Positions 20,058 to 29,682 are shown, numbered from the stretch's first letter. The stretch is 64,000 bases of DNA from a virus (IMGVR_UViG_3300042013_000061:75570-139569); one strand, 5' to 3'. Numbers and translations are program-made. The notes: a model not told the origin generated them from the sequence alone.

Positions 20058-20419
20058 GAGATTGGCGGCGCCTCGTCGATTTTCAGTTCTTCGGGAGTTT
20101 TAAGATTGCGTGCTGCAAACATGGATGCGCGCAGACGATTCAAACCTTCGACCGTCAATTGATCTTGCGCGTAATTCTCTTCCGCGTGGAACGGATGATC
20201 GACGTGGCCGATGGTGCCAACATTCGGAAATTTCTTACCGAATTTTTGCAGCTTGGCTTCTTCGTCGAGGTTACGCACATGCTGATTGAACTGGCGCAGC
20301 ATCTGATCGTAAGCGGCGCGCTGGTAAACATACGCATTTTGAAACGCAAAGTTTCCGATGTTTGCTTGCTGAATGCAGTAAGCCAGAAACTTTACGGGAG
20401 GGCGAATTGGAATTGCCAT
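20054..20419 (-). CDS. hypothetical protein containing the EF-Tu N-terminal motif
   Basis: Contains NVGTIGHVDH, identical to the EF-Tu segment leading into the P-loop. Confidence 0.65.
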   Translation of the reverse strand: MAIPIRPPVKFLAYCIQQANIGNFAFQNAYVYQRAAYDQMLRQFNQHVRNLDEEAKLQKFGKKFPNVGTIGHVDHPFHAEENYAQDQLTVEGLNRLRASMFAARNLKTPEELKIDEAPPIS

Positions 20420-20431
20420 GACGGTTCCTTG

Positions 20432-20914
20432 TTAAAACGAATGTGTGAAATTCAGTGTGTAACGTTTGCCGTGAACGCGGGCGAGGCGCTGACTGCGGAA
20501 TTCGATTTCGACGTTCGCAATCCCTGTGTGATAAATCAGGGTAGCGCCGCGCCTGTGGGAGCGAACCGAAAAACGTTTACGTTCGGGTTCTGGGTTATTC
20601 ACCCGGTCGTACCATTCTTTCATCCACTTATGCGCAGCGTTCGACTGTTCGAAATAGCTGTGCGACGAAACCGTTTTCGATGGTTTGCGTTCGTGGAAAG
20701 GCAAACCGTTTTCATTCGCCGTCAAGGTGATATGAGTTGCAGGCGATGGAAATGCGCCGGGGTGGCGGGCGCTGACTTCGAACGCAGGCATACCGCCAAT
20801 TTCAATCGTCCACTGATTTTTCGTTTCTTTCGGGAAGACGTGAGCGACATGCAACGGCCCGCTATGGTTCGCTAAAACGTCCATCAAATTCGCTGGTGAA
20901 TTTTGCTCTACCAT
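20432..20914 (-). CDS. hypothetical protein (local paralog family)
   Basis: C-terminal SHRRG...FRSQRLARV shared with neighbours. Confidence 0.6.
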   Translation of the reverse strand: MVEQNSPANLMDVLANHSGPLHVAHVFPKETKNQWTIEIGGMPAFEVSARHPGAFPSPATHITLTANENGLPFHERKPSKTVSSHSYFEQSNAAHKWMKEWYDRVNNPEPERKRFSVRSHRRGATLIYHTGIANVEIEFRSQRLARVHGKRYTLNFTHSF

Positions 20915-21387
20915 CCCCGTCTCCCGATTCCGTAGCGTTTCATATCCACGCGGGCTTCACGCGCAGAGCGATATTCATACCAGTACGTCGAAACTTCTTT
21001 GGCGTCTGGAGCGGGGTTGCGTTCCCAAACATAAATCATAACTTTGCCGCGCTTATGCACGAGCGAATAAATGTGTTTTGTTTGGTATTTGTAATTCGGC
21101 ACGAAAACGTCGGTGATGATTGTAACGTCTTGTATGTACCCGATACTCCCGGTCAGCGCCAGTTCACCGTCAACAGGTACAGGTTCAACAGTCACACAGC
21201 CATCGGTTTCGTTGCATACTTCGCATTTACGCGCAGGCAAACCCCACGGATAAGATTTCGGCATTGTGTAAAAGCCATCACCGCGTTTCATGCGTGGCAA
21301 TTCACGAGGCTTGTTCGCCAGTTCCGCCCACTTCGCCAGAAGTTCGGGCGAGGGCATAAATGGGTCAGCAATATTCCAGCCGTTCAT
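20908..21387 (-). CDS. hypothetical protein (local paralog family)
   Basis: GAGG RBS; CEVC motif; C-terminal HKRG...YRSAREARV. Confidence 0.6.
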   Translation of the reverse strand: MNGWNIADPFMPSPELLAKWAELANKPRELPRMKRGDGFYTMPKSYPWGLPARKCEVCNETDGCVTVEPVPVDGELALTGSIGYIQDVTIITDVFVPNYKYQTKHIYSLVHKRGKVMIYVWERNPAPDAKEVSTYWYEYRSAREARVDMKRYGIGRRGW

Positions 21388-21716
21388 ACCGATTCCTCTA
21401 CGCGGGGTTTCCACATTTTGGCAAACTTCAAAACGTTCGGAACGTTATTACAGTCTACCGGCATCACAACCAGACAGGACGACTCGCCGTCACAGATTGT
21501 TTTCTCGTGGCCTTCGTGACAATCGAGAGTTTCACGAATTTTATCAAACTCACGCCAGTTAACACGCAGCACAACTTTACGAAAAGAATTGTGCAGCCAA
21601 TCAATGTACGTGCCTTTGTCTTGGAACTTCAAATGCGCCGAAAGCATTGAATGTGCAACCAACGTCGGCACCATGTAATCGGGAGCGTCGTCGCGTACAG
21701 CAATATACAATTTCAT
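21384..21716 (-). CDS. peptidyl-tRNA hydrolase II (PTH2)-like protein
   Basis: KLYIAVRDD...VAH...W...FRKVVLRV pattern of the PTH2 fold. Confidence 0.7.
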   Translation of the reverse strand: MKLYIAVRDDAPDYMVPTLVAHSMLSAHLKFQDKGTYIDWLHNSFRKVVLRVNWREFDKIRETLDCHEGHEKTICDGESSCLVVMPVDCNNVPNVLKFAKMWKPRVEESV

Positions 21717-22027
21717 GTTTTCGCCCTTCGCTTTTTGATCCAGACCTTCGCGGTACGCAGGCTACGGAATTTCAGAACGCTACCCTTTGGCAGCAACAGG
21801 AAAACAACCGCGCCCCACTTCGACGAATAAACAGACGCGTAATCCCACGCAAGTTTTTTCCATTCGTCTTGTGGAACCTGCATCGCATCAATGCGAGCGA
21901 CAGCACGGCGGTTGCGACGGTATTCAGTTTCGAGTTTTGCTTGTGGCAGACGTGTTTGGTACAACTTCAAAAGTGTCATGCCATCATCGCGAACCATGTT
22001 GCGCAAATCCCAATTCTGAGTCGTCAT
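21713..22027 (-). CDS. hypothetical protein (local paralog family)
   Basis: C-terminal KFRSLRTAKVWIK. Confidence 0.6.
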   Translation of the reverse strand: MTTQNWDLRNMVRDDGMTLLKLYQTRLPQAKLETEYRRNRRAVARIDAMQVPQDEWKKLAWDYASVYSSKWGAVVFLLLPKGSVLKFRSLRTAKVWIKKRRAKT

Positions 22028-22413
22028 TTTATAGATGCCCTGAATTCTTTCACCCACACTTTCGCGGTACGGCGCGAACGGAACTTTGTAACTTTCTTAT
22101 GTGGATAAATCGTGTGAACATTCACGCCGCGACGGTGCGAACTAACGATGGCTACGCGCTTGAGCGAATCCAACATTTGCTTTTGTTTCGCACGTGCGTA
22201 TTCTTTGAAGCGTTCGGCGGCTGCGGTGAAATCCGGGCTTGCATATGTGTCGCTTACGCTGCCATTTAAAAAATCTTCAGATATCCCCAGCATCGCCAAT
22301 TTCTGGCGCATCAATTCGTCCGACATTATCGGGCTGTCCAACTTCCACTGTTCCGGTTCCGGTGGCTTCGTCAGAAAGAGGTCGTTTATGTCCACTTGCG
22401 TGTTCCTTTTCAT
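22024..22413 (-). CDS. hypothetical protein (local paralog family)
   Basis: SHRRG...KFRSRRTAKVWVK. Confidence 0.6.
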   Translation of the reverse strand: MKRNTQVDINDLFLTKPPEPEQWKLDSPIMSDELMRQKLAMLGISEDFLNGSVSDTYASPDFTAAAERFKEYARAKQKQMLDSLKRVAIVSSHRRGVNVHTIYPHKKVTKFRSRRTAKVWVKEFRASIK

Positions 22414-22648
22414 GGCGAGCAATTGCCTCTGTAATAAAATTCAGAGCGTAGCAATTTGCGCGCACGTACCAATAACCTTCGTAACCGTCGGAGAATACTA
22501 CCAGAGCCGGGTACGATTTCGGATAGCCTTTGATATCTGGTTTACGTTCTTCGTTATTCCAGAATTCTTTAGCCGCTTGTTTGAAGCCAGCCTGTGTCCG
22601 CACAATGTACAGACACGGCGTAAGTTTTTCGCGATTGTCAGTAATCAT
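22277..22648 (-). CDS. hypothetical protein
   Basis: Coupled to the upstream stop; 3' end overlaps the next gene by about 137 nt. Confidence 0.55.
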   Translation of the reverse strand: MITDNREKLTPCLYIVRTQAGFKQAAKEFWNNEERKPDIKGYPKSYPALVVFSDGYEGYWYVRANCYALNFITEAIARHEKEHASGHKRPLSDEATGTGTVEVGQPDNVGRIDAPEIGDAGDI

Positions 22649-23400
22649 TTTTTCGCCTTCGGTTTTTTCATACCCTTGACGACCACGCCTTTGTTGATCG
22701 CACGAATGTAGCGCAATTCGTAAGCACTGATTTTCAGTTGCTTTGCGATATCGTCTTCCTCACCTTCCATTTGCAACGCTTCACGATACAGGATCGCGGT
22801 CGGGCTGCTTAGCAAGTCATTCATTCGTTTTACTTGCTTGTCAGTGAGTGGCACGGTTTGGCGTAGCTTCTCCACTCGTTTACAGTATTGACTGAAACTC
22901 TCTTTCGAAGCCATCCATTTGCACACCAGTTCCTTGATTGGCTTCTGGTGTGTCTCGCTCGGCGTGAGATAAACAAACGTCATAAACTGCATCAAGAATG
23001 TAGCTTGTTGCTTCGCGTGATCTTTCGCTTTTTTCACAACGTCGAAAGGCAACCGCACGATTGGCACGTCCGGGCATTTGTCGAGACGAATGCAAGGCGT
23101 CAACGCAAACCCGTCAATGTGAAAGAATTCTTCGGCGCGGTAATCGGCAGGCGTGAAACTGAATTGCGAAAGCGCAATCGGATCGTCGCACACGTAGGAC
23201 TGTACTTTGCGTAGTTCCAGTCCTTCGCGGTTCCGCTGGAAAGAATGCACACTCATAAAAATGAAATGTGTGCGCTTGGTTTTGCGGTCGATGATTTCGT
23301 TATCACCAACGATATAAACGTCGGAACGTTCAATACCTTCGCCGCGTAGCTTGAGCAATACTTCGTCAGGTGCCTTATGGGCGAACGCAAAAACTTTCAT
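22645..23400 (-). CDS. hypothetical protein with possible C-terminal HTH
   Basis: EDDIAKQLKISAYELRYI; Lys-rich tail. Confidence 0.6.
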   Translation of the reverse strand: MKVFAFAHKAPDEVLLKLRGEGIERSDVYIVGDNEIIDRKTKRTHFIFMSVHSFQRNREGLELRKVQSYVCDDPIALSQFSFTPADYRAEEFFHIDGFALTPCIRLDKCPDVPIVRLPFDVVKKAKDHAKQQATFLMQFMTFVYLTPSETHQKPIKELVCKWMASKESFSQYCKRVEKLRQTVPLTDKQVKRMNDLLSSPTAILYREALQMEGEEDDIAKQLKISAYELRYIRAINKGVVVKGMKKPKAKK

Positions 23401-23556
23401 TTACTTATCCTTTGGACATTTGGCTTTGATTTCAGCCAGTTGTTCATTGCCGCGCAAACGCGAGACGGCGAGACGGGCTTCGATGTTGAAACGATTCTGC
23501 GCTCGGAAATAAGTGAAGTTGTTCAGGAATTTCGTATGACGCAATTCGACAGACAT
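23401..23556 (-). CDS. small hypothetical protein
   Basis: MSVELRHTKF..., 51 aa, abuts neighbours. Confidence 0.45.
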   Translation of the reverse strand: MSVELRHTKFLNNFTYFRAQNRFNIEARLAVSRLRGNEQLAEIKAKCPKDK

Positions 23557-23558
23557 TT

Positions 23559-23726
23559 TTATTTCCCTGCAAGTGCGCCCGTGAAACAAGCGCCCTGCTC
23601 TTTGGCCTGCTGCATAATTGCAGAATGGGCCGCTCGGTTATCATCGGCGTAAGCCTGCACCCTTTCGAGTGCGGCTTCTACGTCAAACGTTTTCCTTTTA
23701 AGCTGTTTGTTTTTCAGTCGGGCCAT
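23559..23726 (-). CDS. small hypothetical protein (not in ORF track)
   Basis: Manual translation MARLKNKQLKRKTFDVEAALERVQ..., 55 aa, fills the gap in the operon. Confidence 0.5.
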   Translation of the reverse strand: MARLKNKQLKRKTFDVEAALERVQAYADDNRAAHSAIMQQAKEQGACFTGALAGK

Positions 23727-23926
23727 TGGCTAACTTTCTCGTGATGAACACGGGTTTCGTTAATCGAATTGGTCATGTCGTGAATGCTCGACAGCACTGC
23801 TTCGTCGCCCATCAATGCGCGGGGAATCAAAACGTCAGAAGTGATTTCCACACCATCTACAAGAAGCAGCAGAGCATTAATCCGCCAGCCTTCTTTTTCT
23901 TCGTTGCATTTCCATTGAGTTTTCAT
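23714..23926 (-). CDS. small hypothetical protein
   Basis: 70 aa, coupled to the sbcC stop. Confidence 0.5.
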   Translation of the reverse strand: MKTQWKCNEEKEGWRINALLLLVDGVEITSDVLIPRALMGDEAVLSSIHDMTNSINETRVHHEKVSQWPD

Positions 23927-26226
23927 TGCTCAAGCTTCACTTTCGAGACGCCTTTATGTTTCTCGACAGTCACGTAACTGCAATCGCTATGCACGTGCTT
24001 ACCCTTTTGTGTAATCAGGAAAACATGCGGCACCAGCGTGCGCAGGAACGGAATATAACGATCAGCAAAAAGCGTGATTGTTGTTTCGTCCATGTGTGCA
24101 TCAGGTTCGTCGAGGATCGCGATGTTAACCCGTCGATCAGCCTTCGCCATAATCACGCAAGCGAGGAAGTGCAGCAGACGGAAACTATCGGATTCTGCGC
24201 CGGACAATTCACGGACGTCAGATACGTTACCATTCCCCCGGTCAACGATGATGTGAACGCCATCGTCTTTTGCCACTACGCTAAACTTGAACGGCTCAGC
24301 GAAAATCAAGTTGGCAAATCGGTTGTAGTGCTGTTCCAACTGGTAAACGATTTGGTGCATCGCATGCAGTTTCAAGCCCTTGTTGCTGTAGGCTTTCGAC
24401 AGTGCTTTGTACAACTGCAATTTCTTCGTCAGCGGTTCCAGCTTTTCAATCTCGCCGCTGATTTGATCGCGTTGTTTCGACAGCAGTTTGAATTCAGCGC
24501 GACGGCTACCGTGCTTAACGGAAATCTCATACGCTTTTTCGTATTTCTTTTCTACCTTGCGCAACTTGGCGGCAGTCTCTTCAAGCTCTGCGGTCAAGCC
24601 TTTGTCTTCAGGCACTTCGTCGAATTCTGCAAGCCGCTCTTTCAGTGCTTTGATTTCGTCGAGAATTTCAGCCTGTGTTTCGATCTGTTCCAGCGTGAGC
24701 GTGGCAGAACCTTTCGGCGCTTTCGGCTTCTTCAGTTCGGACATTTGCTCGGTGATTTCATCGAAGCGTGCAGCATTTTCCAACTTGTCGTTAAGCTCTT
24801 CCAGTTCTTCGCTGGATTTCTTCAGCTTCTTTTTCAACGCGTAGTAATCACGCTCGTTGAATTTCAGTTTGTCGATGATCGCTTTGTTTGTCGTCCGCGT
24901 TTCACGGATTTCATAAGCGTGGATCATCGACAGTAGCAAACCTTTACGCTTCTTCGCAGCCTTCAGACTTTTCTCAAGGTCTTTCAGGTTGATTTTCTGC
25001 ATACAGGTCGGGCAGTTGCCGTCGTCGTGTTCGTGCAGCAAATCAGAAAGTTTCAGCGTGGTTTTCACCATGCTTAACTCTTCCTTCAGTTCTTCCATCG
25101 CGTCGAGTTTCTGTTTGTTGCAACGCGACAGGAAGCTACGCAATTCTGGCTCGGTATGATCGTCGAGGTTTTCCAGTTCACGCACGGCGGCATCGTATTC
25201 GTCACGAACCTTTGTCTGTCGTTTGTACTCGACTTCCATCGTTCCGATTTCAGCACGCAATTCGTTAACGCGTTTTTTCAGCTTTTTGCCGCCGCCTGTA
25301 TCGCCCAGTTCTTCCAGCTTCTTTGTCAGGCGCTTGGCTGTCTTCTGGTACTCGGCCAACTCTTCCTGATAATGCTCGGAAGCCTCAAGGAATTTGTATT
25401 GCTCTTTGAGTTCGGCCTTCGTGTATTTCGCTTTCTTTTGCAGCTTTGTCAGTTTCGATTTCGCAGACGAATAAAACTCCACTTGCTTCATGAGCGAGCG
25501 GAGTTCCTGAGTGCGAGCCTGCAACCGGGTAACTTTCTTGGCCTGAGATTTCACAACCTCGGTGGCTTCGTCGAGTTCCTTTTGCCGGTGTCGATTCCAA
25601 CCGTTTTTATTCAACGCGTCATTCGTGTTAAGCAGGTTTTTGCTATGCACGTCGGCTTTGTTCTGTGCGATCTTTACATCATCGACCAGCTTGTCGAAAT
25701 ACCGGCGCAGAACATCAAATTGATCCAGTCGCCACACGTCAGTGATATACGACATACGCGTTCGCGCAGTGCCGTACATAAAGTCGAGTTTTTTCTGCGA
25801 CTGGAGGTGAACGTAGGAATACCATTCATCAGAGGTCAGCGGAATAATCTTTTCGATCCACTCACGCTGTGCCGCTTGGCCGCGCACTTCCAAATCCGTA
25901 CCGTCGCGAAAGATTTTGTAGCCGCTTCCGCTTTGGCGAATCGTCCAGTCGTGGCCGAGGTTCTTCACGTCGATTTCAATGTGAGAACCTTTCGAGTGAA
26001 TCCGATTTTTCTTGCGAGTATCCGCCAACGGCATTTGTTCGAAACGCACGTTGGGCAGCATGCCAAACAGAACAGATTTACCGGCGCCGTTGTTGGTCTT
26101 CTTCGAAATCAGCGAGTCACGGTTGTGGCCGCTTACAACGGTGAAGCCACAGTTATTCGTGAAATCAAATGCACCTTCTTTGTACGATACAACGCCATTG
26201 AAACGACTGCCGGTAATATCAATCAT
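23923..26226 (-). CDS. sbcC: SbcC/Rad50-like ATPase
   Basis: Walker A NGAGKS, long coiled coil with CPTC zinc hook, LSGAE signature, ILDE Walker B. Confidence 0.92.
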   Translation of the reverse strand: MIDITGSRFNGVVSYKEGAFDFTNNCGFTVVSGHNRDSLISKKTNNGAGKSVLFGMLPNVRFEQMPLADTRKKNRIHSKGSHIEIDVKNLGHDWTIRQSGSGYKIFRDGTDLEVRGQAAQREWIEKIIPLTSDEWYSYVHLQSQKKLDFMYGTARTRMSYITDVWRLDQFDVLRRYFDKLVDDVKIAQNKADVHSKNLLNTNDALNKNGWNRHRQKELDEATEVVKSQAKKVTRLQARTQELRSLMKQVEFYSSAKSKLTKLQKKAKYTKAELKEQYKFLEASEHYQEELAEYQKTAKRLTKKLEELGDTGGGKKLKKRVNELRAEIGTMEVEYKRQTKVRDEYDAAVRELENLDDHTEPELRSFLSRCNKQKLDAMEELKEELSMVKTTLKLSDLLHEHDDGNCPTCMQKINLKDLEKSLKAAKKRKGLLLSMIHAYEIRETRTTNKAIIDKLKFNERDYYALKKKLKKSSEELEELNDKLENAARFDEITEQMSELKKPKAPKGSATLTLEQIETQAEILDEIKALKERLAEFDEVPEDKGLTAELEETAAKLRKVEKKYEKAYEISVKHGSRRAEFKLLSKQRDQISGEIEKLEPLTKKLQLYKALSKAYSNKGLKLHAMHQIVYQLEQHYNRFANLIFAEPFKFSVVAKDDGVHIIVDRGNGNVSDVRELSGAESDSFRLLHFLACVIMAKADRRVNIAILDEPDAHMDETTITLFADRYIPFLRTLVPHVFLITQKGKHVHSDCSYVTVEKHKGVSKVKLEQ

Positions 26227-28478
26227 AATGCTTCCAGATACTTTCTGATATCGCGCAAGTTTGTCGCCGCACGAGTTTGATGTTCAAAGGTCAGGCGCTG
26301 TTCCAACATTTCCAGAGTCAGCAGCCATTCCAGACTTGGTGGGTTAGCGTTTTCTGCATTTACAGAATTTGCATCTTTGCGTTCGTTGTAGAATTCACGT
26401 GGTGGCGGTTCGCCAATGGAAACCCCCGGAGATTTCAACGAATGACACAGACGTTCCATGTGCGGTTCAATTGCTGCCACACATTCGTCAAGTTCCGCTT
26501 CGTCTTCGCGTTGCTGGCGAGCGATACGCTGCTCTTCAGTTTCACCGGTTGGGCAAGGGCCGGGGCCAACAGGGCCGCGTACACCGATTGATTTTCCTTG
26601 AATGTCGAATACTTCGTGTGAGTCTTCAACTTCGTGAACAGTTTTAAACGCAGAAACCAAACTTTCTTTTTCGGTATCAGACCACGCACGCGGAGGCTGG
26701 CCGGTTGGTGCTTGCAGGTTTACGTTAACTGCAAAATCGTCGATGATTTTAACTGGCACACCGTCTGCAATTTCTTCGCCTTCTTTTACAGGCACTTCGA
26801 TTACAGCAGGACTCTTCATCATTTCAGCCGCGATTTGTGCAGCAACCCATTCTGCATCTGGCAGATAGGAAAGTTGCACTTGACCGCCAGCGCTAACGCT
26901 TACGATTTTCTTGCCGTAATGTGGACTGGTTTTGTCTTCGATATGCGTAGGAGATTGGCTCACTTCCCGCGCTTCGACATTGAAACCGCCTTTGAAGTTT
27001 TTCAGCAGACCTTTACGCTCTACGATTTCTTCAACAGGTGCTGGGGTTTCAGCAACAGGTGCTGGGGTTTCAGCAACAGGCTCAGGTTCAACCGCGACCG
27101 TTACGGGCTTGCGCTTCGGAAACAGGAAGCCGGTCACTTGCACAAACTCTGCAATCCCGGCGAGCAAAAGACTCTCTTTTACTTCGTCAGTTTTTGCAGG
27201 ATCGAGTTCGAAGCGTTTCATGAATACTTGCAGACGCACGCCACCTTCGATGTAATCGGTAACGTCTGCAATTTCCAGTGTGGAGAAATCTTTGTAGACT
27301 TTTTTCACAGGGTTTTTCCCGACCGGTTTAACTTGAATTTCGTTCGGTTTGAGATTCTTGTCTTCTACGACTTTGATGCCTGCAACTTGGAGCGTTCGTT
27401 CGTCATTGATATTGACCCCGGTTTCTTCATTTATAAAACCGGGCGGGCCAGCGAAGGTTTGCAGGGTGTCGTAATTAAGTCCATGTGTTTTGTGCATTTT
27501 GTAAGCAGGCTTCGCAGTTTCTGCAACGAACTTGTCAACAGCCTGTTTGATGATTGCACGCACGTTGCCCATCGAATAGCCGCGATGGCTGAAATAATCC
27601 AGAACCATATCGTGCGGCAAACGCGTGGTTTCGATAATCGCGTGCAAATCGTAAGGAGGTGGAACTACGCGGCAATATTCCTCAAGGATCGCGCCTACTG
27701 CATCGGCATTCATGATGCGACGAACGCTGTGCAAATTGTTGGCGTCGAAATCCAGCGTCGGGTCAACGTACTCACCGTCTTGCTTGACGTTGAAATACCC
27801 GTCCATCGACAGGTCGCCAAACACTTCGAGGAAATAGTTTTTCTCGACGATAAACGCTCGGGAAATTTCTGCGTGACATGTTTCAGCGGTGAACGCGTCT
27901 TTCATGTTTTGAATCACAGCGCGAATTTCTGTTTCAGAAGTCAGCATGCGCCGGGTTTCAACTGGCGGAACGGTATGCTTCACTTCCGAATCAGGCGTAT
28001 ACATCGCGTAAGTGGTGCCGACTTTAATCGCTTTTTTCTGGTCGATCAGATTGCGCAGAATCCACGTCAGTGCGCTACCTTTCTTGCCGAAGAATGCGCC
28101 GAGTTCCAACGCCGTTTTCGGGCGTCCGTTGGCGTCGATCAGCAATTGCAGAACGGATTCTTCAGACGGTTTATTCATGTCTGGTTTCAACGTCATGTCC
28201 TTCGGCGGAATGTCGTTATTCAGCGTATGCACAATCGGATTCACTGGGGCAAATTCTTTCGAGATTGCCGCGTTCTCTTCCCGTGCATGATCCTCGTTAA
28301 TGGTGAACTTATTGTCAGCATCGACGACCACGAGATTCTGTTGCTTCAAAGTATTCGAAGCGTGAATCAGTTGGATATATTTCTCACCCATTTCGCTGGT
28401 GTAGTCCGACAGCGTTTTACCGGGGTGGCACTGAATGTGAAGCAGCAGGGCTGCCTCTAATGTGGACAAGTTTTCCAT
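26223..28478 (-). CDS. large multi-domain protein with N-terminal winged-helix-like domains
   Basis: Two wHTH-like segments in the first 160 aa; PVAETPA repeat; 751 aa. Confidence 0.65.
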   Translation of the reverse strand: MENLSTLEAALLLHIQCHPGKTLSDYTSEMGEKYIQLIHASNTLKQQNLVVVDADNKFTINEDHAREENAAISKEFAPVNPIVHTLNNDIPPKDMTLKPDMNKPSEESVLQLLIDANGRPKTALELGAFFGKKGSALTWILRNLIDQKKAIKVGTTYAMYTPDSEVKHTVPPVETRRMLTSETEIRAVIQNMKDAFTAETCHAEISRAFIVEKNYFLEVFGDLSMDGYFNVKQDGEYVDPTLDFDANNLHSVRRIMNADAVGAILEEYCRVVPPPYDLHAIIETTRLPHDMVLDYFSHRGYSMGNVRAIIKQAVDKFVAETAKPAYKMHKTHGLNYDTLQTFAGPPGFINEETGVNINDERTLQVAGIKVVEDKNLKPNEIQVKPVGKNPVKKVYKDFSTLEIADVTDYIEGGVRLQVFMKRFELDPAKTDEVKESLLLAGIAEFVQVTGFLFPKRKPVTVAVEPEPVAETPAPVAETPAPVEEIVERKGLLKNFKGGFNVEAREVSQSPTHIEDKTSPHYGKKIVSVSAGGQVQLSYLPDAEWVAAQIAAEMMKSPAVIEVPVKEGEEIADGVPVKIIDDFAVNVNLQAPTGQPPRAWSDTEKESLVSAFKTVHEVEDSHEVFDIQGKSIGVRGPVGPGPCPTGETEEQRIARQQREDEAELDECVAAIEPHMERLCHSLKSPGVSIGEPPPREFYNERKDANSVNAENANPPSLEWLLTLEMLEQRLTFEHQTRAATNLRDIRKYLEAL

Positions 28479-29656
28479 TACTCATACTCTGCAATGAACG
28501 CACCGACGTTGGAATAAAACAAAACACTTTCGTCAATCGTGATGCTATTCAATTTAACTTCGATTTCCGCAAGCAGGTTCTGGATCAACACCAGTGCAAG
28601 CATTTTGTTTTTGACTTTCAGATCGTCAAAAATCTTGCCGCTATACGGACGGAATTTGTTGGTCTTCGTAATGACTCCGATTCGATAATCAATGAGCCAA
28701 CGGGTTTTGTTAATCAGGCCGCGAGCGTTACCGGCACTGCGGATTTGCACCACTGCCTGTTCCATGTCGCGCTGCAATACGGCGGCAAGGAAATGCGCTG
28801 CGGTTTCTTCCATGTCAACATCGGCGTCAGACATAAACGATGCGATATTTGTCGGATCGAATTTCTTACCGGAAGCGACGATAGAAAGAAAAATATCCAG
28901 CTTCGACACTGCTTCACGCATAGAGCCGTTACTGGATTCTGCAATCGTGTTAAGCGATTTCTTCGCTTCTTTTTTCAGCGTGACGCCTTCCTGTTCGGCA
29001 ATGGCAGTCATGCGTTCGATCAATACGTCATGCTCAATCGGGCGAACATGCAAAGGCATGCAACGCGATTTCAGCATCTTGTTTACTTTGTCCGGGTGTG
29101 TGGTGCAAAGCATGTAGATCGTGTGCGGCGGTGGGTTTTCTGTCGCAACCAACAACGCTTTTTCCGATTGATCGCGAAGGGTGTGTGCTTCGTCGATAAT
29201 GATAATGCGTTTGCGTGTGGCCGGGGCATTACCTGCTGCTGCGATCAGAGAACGGATTTCGTCAATCTTGCCGCTTTGCCCAGCATCAAAATAAATAATG
29301 TCCGGGTGTTTGGCGAACTGGCAGGAAAAACATTTGCCACAAAGGTTCAACGTTTCACAGTTGATTTGTCGCGCCGCGATGAAAGCCATCGTGGTCTTGC
29401 CGCAACCGTAGTGGCCGGAAAACATAAGTGCAGATGGAAACTTGCCGCGCTTAAAAGCCCCCTGAAGCGTAGCAACGACTTGATCTTGGCCGACAACATC
29501 ATCCAAAGTTTGCGGACGATATTCGTTTGCCAGTTGAACGGTTTGAAGTGTCAGCGGGCCGGTTTTTACCAGACCAACTTTTTTCTTCTTCGGCTTCGTA
29601 TCTTTCTCGACAACAGATTTGCCGGTCTTCTTCAATTTCTTTTCTGGCTTTGCCAT
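28478..29656 (-). CDS. dnaX: clamp-loader ATPase, DNA Pol III gamma/tau-like
   Basis: YRPQTLDDVVGQ, GCGKTT, C4 zinc module, IIDEAH, SRC motif. Confidence 0.92.
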   Translation of the reverse strand: MAKPEKKLKKTGKSVVEKDTKPKKKKVGLVKTGPLTLQTVQLANEYRPQTLDDVVGQDQVVATLQGAFKRGKFPSALMFSGHYGCGKTTMAFIAARQINCETLNLCGKCFSCQFAKHPDIIYFDAGQSGKIDEIRSLIAAAGNAPATRKRIIIIDEAHTLRDQSEKALLVATENPPPHTIYMLCTTHPDKVNKMLKSRCMPLHVRPIEHDVLIERMTAIAEQEGVTLKKEAKKSLNTIAESSNGSMREAVSKLDIFLSIVASGKKFDPTNIASFMSDADVDMEETAAHFLAAVLQRDMEQAVVQIRSAGNARGLINKTRWLIDYRIGVITKTNKFRPYSGKIFDDLKVKNKMLALVLIQNLLAEIEVKLNSITIDESVLFYSNVGAFIAEYE

Positions 29657-29682
29657 TACGACACACTCTAGGGATGTGAGGT

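Noticed and set aside
27032-27081. 21-bp tandem repeat
   Set aside because: Simple PVAETPA linker duplication inside a CDS
28000-28170. Z-DNA-binding (Zalpha) domain
   Set aside because: The winged-helix pattern is similar, but the key Asn, Tyr and Trp residues are not present
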